Source of the DNA: Octopus sinensis
Lineage: Eukaryota
Length of the DNA stretch: 64,000 nucleotides
Direction of reading: 5' to 3'
NCBI RefSeq assembly: GCF_006345805.1
Contig: NC_043009.1
Span: forward strand, 43,896,001 to 43,960,000
Below are positions 56,381 to 64,000 of this stretch, in pieces. The position numbers and the translations under genes were made by a program. The first letter of the stretch is position 1; every line of letters starts with the position of its first letter. The notes beneath the pieces were generated by a model. It did not search any database, was not told the origin of the DNA, and saw only the letters and a program-made list of their open reading frames with translations.

Positions 56381-57429
56381 AGATATATAAATGCATATAT
56401 ATATATATATTCATATATGTACATGGATTTATACATGTGTTTGTATTTGTGTATATGTGTGTGAGTTTTCTGAGTGCGCGCGTTCGTGGTGTGTGTGTGT
56501 TCTCATCTACAAGTTTGCATCTAAGTTCCATTTGAAAAAAAATCGATGATTTTACTATAGATTTAAACCCACGTACCCACCGACCTATTTCCCAACCGAC
56601 AGCAATACCATCATCACCATCATCATCAACACCCTCCTACTCCCCTGCTTCTCCTGCCTCTCCTCCTTCTCCTCATAAGCAGCAGTGCTACAGCAGCCAC
56701 AGTCGACCAATAAAGGAACTAATGATCCGGTTGACCATTGAAGCAGTGAACCACACAAACGAACTAACCACCCAGCTATCTACGTCGCCATCTTATGCTT
56801 GCAATGAGAAAGCTCTGATGCCAACTCCACTGCTGTGCTAAACACAGCTAACAAAGGAAATGCTAGATTTGCCAAATCTTTTGGTCCCATTCCCATACGG
56901 AAGTTGCCATTCTCTTAAAGACTCTTATGATTGATTGTTTCGCAGAGTTGATATATTCCTCGCAGGACTGTTTTTCGATACTATAGCTTGCTTTTAAAAA
57001 GCGGGGAGAGTGGTTGGAAAAGTGGTTATAGAGGTGGAAGGGGTGGGCAGGCGGGCAGTATTGATAGAAGTTCGGGTGGCATGTCGTTATGTGTGTGTAT
57101 GTGCGTGTGTTTGTGTGTGTGTTTACATGTGCCTGTGATTTTGAATAATGTGAGTCGTGGGTTGTGCTGGCTGAGGTGGTGTTGTGGGGGGAAGGCGTGG
57201 GGACAAGAATGCCACCAACAATCAATGGAACCTTTGTTATCCAATTCCTTCCATTTCATTGTTTAGACATCCTTCTTTTTCACTCTCCTTCCTCTCTCTC
57301 TCTCTCTTTTCTTCTCGATTCTTCGCTTGCTTCACATACAAACTCTCTCTCTTTCTAATATATCTATCTCGCCATCTCTCTTTTTTTTTTTCATCTTTTC
57401 CAATTTTTTTTTCTTTTACATTTCTCCAT

Positions 57430-57534
57430 TGTATTCTTGATGCCATTGTTGCCGTTCTTGTTGTTGTTGTTTTTGCTGTTGTTGCTATTGTTGTTGTTGT
57501 CGTCGTGGTCGTGGTCGGTGTTGTTGTTGTTGTA

Positions 57535-57591
<57 letters not shown>

Positions 57592-57611
57592 GTTGTTGTT
57601 ATTATTATTAC

Positions 57612-57644
<33 letters not shown>

Positions 57645-57747
57645 CTCAACTCTTGTAGTTGCTTCTTTTTCAATTGTTGTTGCTATTGTTGTCAATGTGG
57701 TTGTCGGTATTATATTTGCTGCTGCTACTGTTGTTGTTGTTGTTATT

Positions 57748-57791
<44 letters not shown>

Positions 57792-57799
57792 TATTATTA

Positions 57800-57832
<33 letters not shown>

Positions 57833-57990
57833 CATTATTATTATTATTATTATCATCATCATCATCATCATCATCTCTATTTTTACTGTTAGGATTGTAT
57901 TTTATAAAATATTGTCATCATCAGATCATAATCATCATTGATCTTCCGCCCCCTCTTTCTCCTCCTCCTCCTCCTATTCTTCTTCTTCTT

Positions 57991-58021
<31 letters not shown>

Positions 58022-58139
58022 TCCTCCTCCTCCTCCTCCTCCTCCTCCTATTCCTCTTCATATTCTTACTCCTCCTTACCTTCAACCATTCCTCAACATG
58101 ATGTTCATATTTTAATGAGCTCTTCTATTATTATTATTA

Positions 58140-58191
<52 letters not shown>

Positions 58192-58246
58192 AATAAACAT
58201 TATTGACATTCTCAAAAACAGCAACAACAGCAGTATAAGTAGTAGT

Positions 58247-58280
<34 letters not shown>

Positions 58281-58310
58281 AAGGTAATAGTAAAATGATT
58301 CTCGCACCGC

Positions 58311-58353
<43 letters not shown>

Positions 58354-58453
58354 GTATTAATAATGATGATGCTGATGCTGATAGTAATAATATTTATCAT
58401 CATCATCATCATCATCATTATTATTATTACTATTATTATTATTATTATTATTA

Positions 58454-58502
<49 letters not shown>

Positions 58503-58826
58503 GTCTTCCTTGCCTCTGATCTTGGTTGTTATATGTGTGAAAAAGATGAAAGTCCTCTAATAGGGAGTCTATGGAACGACCTGAGCATGGCAACCCTCCC
58601 TCCCCACCACCCATTGTAACTGACTTCCCTCGCTTTTGTTTTTTTTTAATTCCAGCCAAGCAATCCATGTCGAAGAAGACATAGCTTCCTCTCAGCAAGT
58701 TGGCAACAGTGAGGTAGCGGTGAAGGGGAGGAAGAATGTAAGACCTTTTAAAGTGTATAGTGGTGGTGATGATGACGATAATGACGATGATGATGATGAT
58801 GATGATGACAATGATGATGATGATGG

Positions 58827-58866
<40 letters not shown>

Positions 58867-59001
58867 AATGATGATGATGATGGTGATGATGATATTTAAT
58901 GATATTGTTCATGACAAGGATAATAATGGCGAAAATTTAAAAGAGGAATGAAAAAACGAAATAGTCTTAGAGGAGAAAAAGAGAAATATAACAGTAACCG
59001 C

Positions 59002-59045
<44 letters not shown>

Positions 59046-59047
59046 CG

Positions 59048-59081
<34 letters not shown>

Positions 59082-59232
59082 TAGTAGTTGTAGTAGTAGT
59101 TGTAGTATTAGTAGTAGTTGTAGTAGTAGCAGCAGCAGCAGTAGTAGTAGTAGCAACAGTTGTAGTAATGATGGTACACACGATATCTTCAATCTACAAC
59201 ATCACAATATCGGATACTCTGCGACGTCTTAC

Positions 59233-59297
<65 letters not shown>

Positions 59298-59447
59298 TAA
59301 TATTAATAATAATAATAATAAAAAAAAATGAACGAACTACTGAGTTTGGTTTAATGGCCTACCAATGTATACTATGAGTTTCTTTGCCCTAGGAGTCGGG
59401 AAGACACTCGGCAAGAAATGGAAGCAAATTTGAAAGAAGAAAAAAAA

Positions 59448-59505
<58 letters not shown>

Positions 59506-59575
59506 TAACAAGAGCAACAACAACAATAATGATGATGATTATGATGATTATGATGATGGTGATGATGATGATGAT
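57430..59575. repeat. ~2.1-kb compound trinucleotide field (ATT, GTT, CAT, CTT, GAT, AGT, AAT)
   Basis: Direct inspection; source of the poly-I/L/M/D/S artefact ORFs. Confidence 0.95.
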
Positions 59576-59639
59576 GGAAAGCGTATACCCACTAATTTTT
59601 CTTCTGCAGGAACCAAAGCTGAGGCATGCTCAGGGAAGT

Positions 59640-59949
59640 TGTGAAGGAAAACTTAATTACCCGCTATTCACGGATGATTTGAAGTTGTTCACAAAAGAGA
59701 GATAAAACTGGACAGTCTAGGACAGAACTGGACAGTCTAGTCCAGTCTGTGCAGATTTTCTTAAATAATATGAAGATAGGCGCAGGAGTGGCTGTGTGGT
59801 AAGTAGCTTGCTAACCAACCACATGGTTCCGGGTTCAGTCCCACTGCGTGGCATCTTGGGCAAGTGTCTTCTGCTATAGCCCCGGGCCGACCAATGCCTT
59901 GTGAGTGGATTTGGTAGACGGAAACTGAAAGAAGCCTGTCGTATATATG

Positions 59950-59980
<31 letters not shown>

Positions 59981-60560
59981 TTGTGTGTCTGTGTTTGTCC
60001 CTCTAGCATTGCTTGACAACCGATGCTGGTGTGTTTACGTCCCCGTCACTTAGCGGTTCGGCAAAAGAATTCGATAGAATAAGTACTGGGCTTACAAAGA
60101 ATAAGTCCCGGGGTCGATTTGCTCGACTAAAAAGGCGGTGCTCCAGCATGGCCGCAGTCAAATGACTGAAACAAGTAAAAGAGTAAAAGAGTAGAAAAGA
60201 GTATGGAGTTCGGACTTTCAAGATGTGCTGCGATGGTGATGAGAGGAAGAAAGCTTGTCAGCACAGAAAGGTATATGTATGCCAAGTGGTGAACTGATGA
60301 GACCAATCATCCGGATATAAACATCTGGGAAATGGAATTAAGCATACTGATATGGAAGAAATGACAAAGAAAGTGTGCGGCGATTAAGAAAAAATATTGG
60401 ATCCAAACCTGAATGCCAGAGATAATTTCGGCAATAAACAGGCGCGCAGTCGCAGGGGTTCGGTATGGCGCTGGCTTTCTTGAGTGGACAGAGGATGAGC
60501 CTAAAAGGGTTGGTCAGGAAGGCAAGAAAGCTCCTAGCAATGCATAGAGCTCATCATCCT
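59640..60560 (+). pseudogene. R4/Dong-like LINE reverse transcriptase fragment interrupted by SINE B
   Basis: KLNYPLFTDDLKLFTKE (LFMDDLKL motif); LDSLVQSVQIFLNNMK|MEFGLSRCA rejoins across the SINE; then RYGAGFLEWTEDE and RKARKLLAMHRAHHP. Confidence 0.8.
59778..60201 (+). mobile_element. SINE family B, complete young copy inserted in the LINE fragment
   Basis: Full head-body-tail; the host reading frame resumes after the tail. Confidence 0.92.
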
Positions 60561-60603
60561 TGAAACGGTGAAAGGCAAACTCGACCCCAGTGGTATTTGA
60601 ACT

Positions 60604-60848
60604 GGGTGAGCTGGCAGAAACGTGAGCTGGCAGAAACGTTAGCGCGCCGGGCGAAATGCTTAGCGGTATTTCGTCTGCCGTTACATTCTGAGTTCAAATT
60701 CCGCCGAGGTCGACTTTACCTTTCATCCTTTCGGGGTCGATAAATTAAGTACCAGTTACGCACTGTGGTCGATGTAATCGACTTAATACCTATGTCTGTC
60801 CTTGTTTGTCCCCTCTGTGTTTAGCCCCTTGTGGGTAATAAAGAAATA
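60604..60848 (+). mobile_element. SINE family A copy flanked by ~142-bp direct repeats
   Basis: 60462-60603 is repeated at 60849-60991; the head has a 17-bp internal duplication. Confidence 0.88.
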
Positions 60849-61041
60849 GGTATGGCGCTGGTTTTCTTGAGTGGACAGAGGATGAGCTAAAAGGGTTGGT
60901 CAGGAAGGCAAGAAAGCTCCTAGCAATGCATAGAGCTCATCATCCTTGAAACACGGTGAAAGGCAAACTCGACCCCAGTGGTATTTGAACTCAGAACACT
61001 TAAAGCCGGAACAAATTCGGCTAAGCATTTTGTCCGGCATG

Positions 61042-61102
<61 letters not shown>

Positions 61103-61289
61103 ACTACTACTACTACTACTACTACTACAGCAGGAAACAATAATGCTTCTGCTGCTGGTAATAATAATGATGATGATGATGATGATGATGATATAACAAT
61201 ACCGATAAATCGACCAACAACTTGAATTCAGATGTATTTTGCAATTTTATGTACATACGTATGTCTATATGCGAAACATATACGTATGC

Positions 61290-61332
<43 letters not shown>

Positions 61333-61348
61333 TATGCAAATGTATGTA

Positions 61349-61400
<52 letters not shown>

Positions 61401-61739
61401 ATTTATATACACGAACATAAATGCTTGAGCTTCTTTACTCGTTGCATTATTACTCGGAGTTTCATGCTGGCGATCATTCAAACGGTTGAAGTATGAAAGA
61501 AACATGACAATATATAAACCATAATATTCGAGAATAAATCAAGATTTAATTACTTATCATGTGTAGTACTCGTGAGATACTCATCTATTCACATAAAAGC
61601 TCATATTTTCACGGTTTGATAATCATATGTGTAAAACATACAAAGACAAAGAGGTTAAGTGTTAATGAAGTATAAGCGTTGACAAATAACCGTTTTGTGT
61701 TTTATGTGTGCAATAAACAGTTCTGGCAATATGTAGAAA

Positions 61740-62124
61740 TCTTTATATATAAAAGTAAGGTTGTGTGTCTGTCTCCTACGATTTAGATTCCTAACTACTC
61801 CCACATTTTGCAGTGCGGTTTAACCAAAAGCGGGTATCTTATAGTCGTGATTCATATCGAGCCCTTCTGGGTATTAGCGCGCGTCTACGATGAGTCTACG
61901 ATTTTAAAAATAATTTACCATCATTTTTTTCCATTTTAATGCATTTTTTCACTATTATATAAATGAAGTAACTCTCTAAAAATGTTTACGATGAGTCAAC
62001 GATCTAAAAAAAAATTTACCATAATTTTTTTTCCCTTTTTTTGCTATTTTTTGGCTATAACTCTCTAAAAATGCTTTATAGTTATTTCCCTTACAACCCG
62101 AGCAACGCCGGGCGATACTGCTAG
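61740..62124 (+). mobile_element. Non-autonomous Helitron, copy 2
   Basis: A|TCTTTATATATAAAAG ... CCCGAGCAACGCCGGGCGATACTG CTAG|T. Confidence 0.88.
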
Positions 62125-62383
62125 TTACTGAATAAATTCTTTAGTTTTAAGCTTTTTTCAAAAGACAACAAATGTCGTTATGTTGGTGGGGATGGAGGGT
62201 GTTCTATAATGGACAAATGGATTTTGTAATTGTTCATATCATTATCATTTATGAAAATTATATATTTGGACACTAATGATATATTTGGAAACTAAGATGC
62301 TTGAATATATATGTATGTTATGTGAATCGCTTTTTAGAAGGATTTTTTAGTAAACCTTATATAACATTTTGGTCTACAATTAC

Positions 62384-62449
62384 CTGAAAGACACCGTAAC
62401 CCGGCAAACTCATGTTTTCGAAAGACACGTGACATTGAGGGAGCAGGTA
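62384..62449 (-). CDS. Candidate 66-nt exon (YLLPQCHVSFENMSLPGYGVFQ)
   Basis: Acceptor cttcctctaaatacaactttag, donor CAG|gtaatt, phase 0-0 frame open. Confidence 0.45.
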
Positions 62450-63156
62450 CTAAAGTTGTATTTAGAGGAAGTTTTCAGCGTTCACGATTGATCACATAAA
62501 AGTGTGGAACGTTTTCTGATTTTGCAAGGATTAATCATATTTCGAAGTGTTTACGAATGTTTTTACATATATGGTTTTCACGCTGCTTTCCCACCTCCGA
62601 CTCTGAATAAAGAACAACGTAAATCCCAGGATGATTCAAGAAATTTCGGTTTCAAATGAAATACGCAATCTCCATGTTTTGAGAAGATTTTATTCGTGTG
62701 TTTAGCAAACGTTTACCTATCTATCTATCTACCTACCTACCTACCTACCTACCTACCTATCTATCTATCTATCTATCTATATCTGTCTTTCTTTCTTTCT
62801 GTCTGTTTGTCTAACTATATACCTGTGAAATCAAGGGATTTCTTCTTAAGCAAAAATGTTCACTCCTGTTAATAGAAAGTGGTATACAACGAGAAAAATA
62901 AATACCTATAGAACAATACAGAGCGACTCAAGAAACAAAAGAAGTCCAGAGTAGGAAAACATTTTTAGTTCCACAATTCATATCATCGAAATATTTTTAA
63001 CGTCACCAAATAAAATCGCACGCTGAGTAGCTTTCGTATGGTTTAACCCCGTGGAGCGTACTGGGAAGTATTTAACGGCAAAATTTAGCCATGTCACTGC
63101 AGTTGGCAAATGTAAAATACCTTCGCCGTTTCTTAATTTTCTAACTATACATTTAC

Positions 63157-63186
63157 CTGACAATTGTTATATAACATGAAAATACT
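63157..63186 (-). CDS. Candidate 30-nt exon (SIFMLYNNCQ)
   Basis: Acceptor ttatttttgtatctttacaattttcag, donor CAG|gtaaat, phase 0-0; in frame with 62384-62449. Confidence 0.45.
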
Positions 63187-63265
63187 CTGAAAATTGTAAA
63201 GATACAAAAATAACGTGAAAATCGGAATTTTATTGACTAATAAATATAAAGTAATATAATATATA

Positions 63266-63497
63266 TATTTCTTTACTAACTACAAGGGGCTAAACACAGA
63301 GGGGGCAAACAAGGACAGACAAACGGATTAAGTCGATTATATCGACCCCAGTGTGTAACTGGTACTTATTTAATCGACCCCGAAAGGATGAAAGGCCAAG
63401 TCGACCTCGGCGGCATTTGAACTCAGAGCGTTCCGGCAGACGAAATACGGCTACGCATTTCGCCCAGCGTGCTAACGACTCTGCCAGCTCGCCGCCA
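63266..63497 (-). mobile_element. SINE family A, complete copy
   Basis: Head GGCGGCGAGCTGGCAG, body and TAGTAAAGAAATA tail. Confidence 0.9.
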
Positions 63498-64000
63498 TAA
63501 TATATAATATATATATATATATATTATATATATAATATATATGTATGTGTGTGTGTCTATTCATGCATATATATATAAGCAACTATAACAAGAGCAACAA
63601 TATATGCATATTTCCTTACCTACCCGCGTGCACACACACACGTACGCATGCACACACTGAGACATACACACACACACGCATACACCACGCACACATGCAC
63701 CTTTATTTCTTCTATATATGGGGACGAGCTATTGTTTTAAAATGTATTGAAAAATACGAATATGTTCTAATTTGATCTTTTCTTTCATCTGCATATCAGG
63801 TCTTTATGAGTTCTTTGGAGTTATAAAGTTCGTAAAGTTATCCTTATCACCGTTTTCAAACATTCTTAGTCTCATCTTTCGGATGTGGAACGGCTTTGGC
63901 TTCTGTACTTCCCATTTTATCGTGGAGACATTTCCGTAGGTTTTTCCCACCAAAACTCTACTGTTAGAAACTTAGTGTTTCACATCATCAGATTTGCAAT

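Noticed and set aside
56940-57240. Possible Penelope GIY-YIG-proximal remnants (also 34170-35050)
   Set aside because: Only vague Cys/His spacing with no intact motif; too degraded to call.
58656-58737. Plus-strand candidate exon QAIHVEEDIASSQQVGNSEVAVKGRKN
   Set aside because: Good acceptor but isolated within a microsatellite field; cannot be linked or identified.
63790-63960. Complementary open frames on both strands (RVLVGKTYGNVSTIKWEVQKPKPFHIRK... / GLYEFFGVIKF...)
   Set aside because: Strand and boundaries are ambiguous at the window edge; no recognisable domain.

Overview
This is repeat-dominated, AT-rich eukaryotic (animal) DNA with one 100-N scaffold gap. The tRNA-derived SINE families and very high microsatellite load look like an octopus or other coleoid cephalopod; this is inferred from pattern recognition, not a database match. 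Almost all ORFs in the supplied track are microsatellite translation artefacts. Supported content: a full-length decayed mariner with both TIRs; a decayed Penelope-like (PLE) reverse transcriptase and several PLE-type terminal repeats; R4/Dong-like and RTE LINE fragments; two non-autonomous Helitron copies, one nested in a mariner MITE; two piggyBac-type MITEs; fold-back elements; and roughly 30 SINE copies or fragments from about 4 families. No complete host gene is visible, but several well-bounded minus-strand exons (best: 27356-27464) suggest the window lies inside a large-intron gene. Most interesting observations: (i) a SINE subfamily whose 3' end repeatedly joins at GGTAT, building self-nested arrays and in one case a ~142-bp flanking duplication; (ii) hammerhead-ribozyme core motifs, including a recurring circularly permuted arrangement, in PLE-type repeats; (iii) an unexplained CpG-rich 127-codon open frame; (iv) several long palindromes and young inverted SINE pairs that could form dsRNA.
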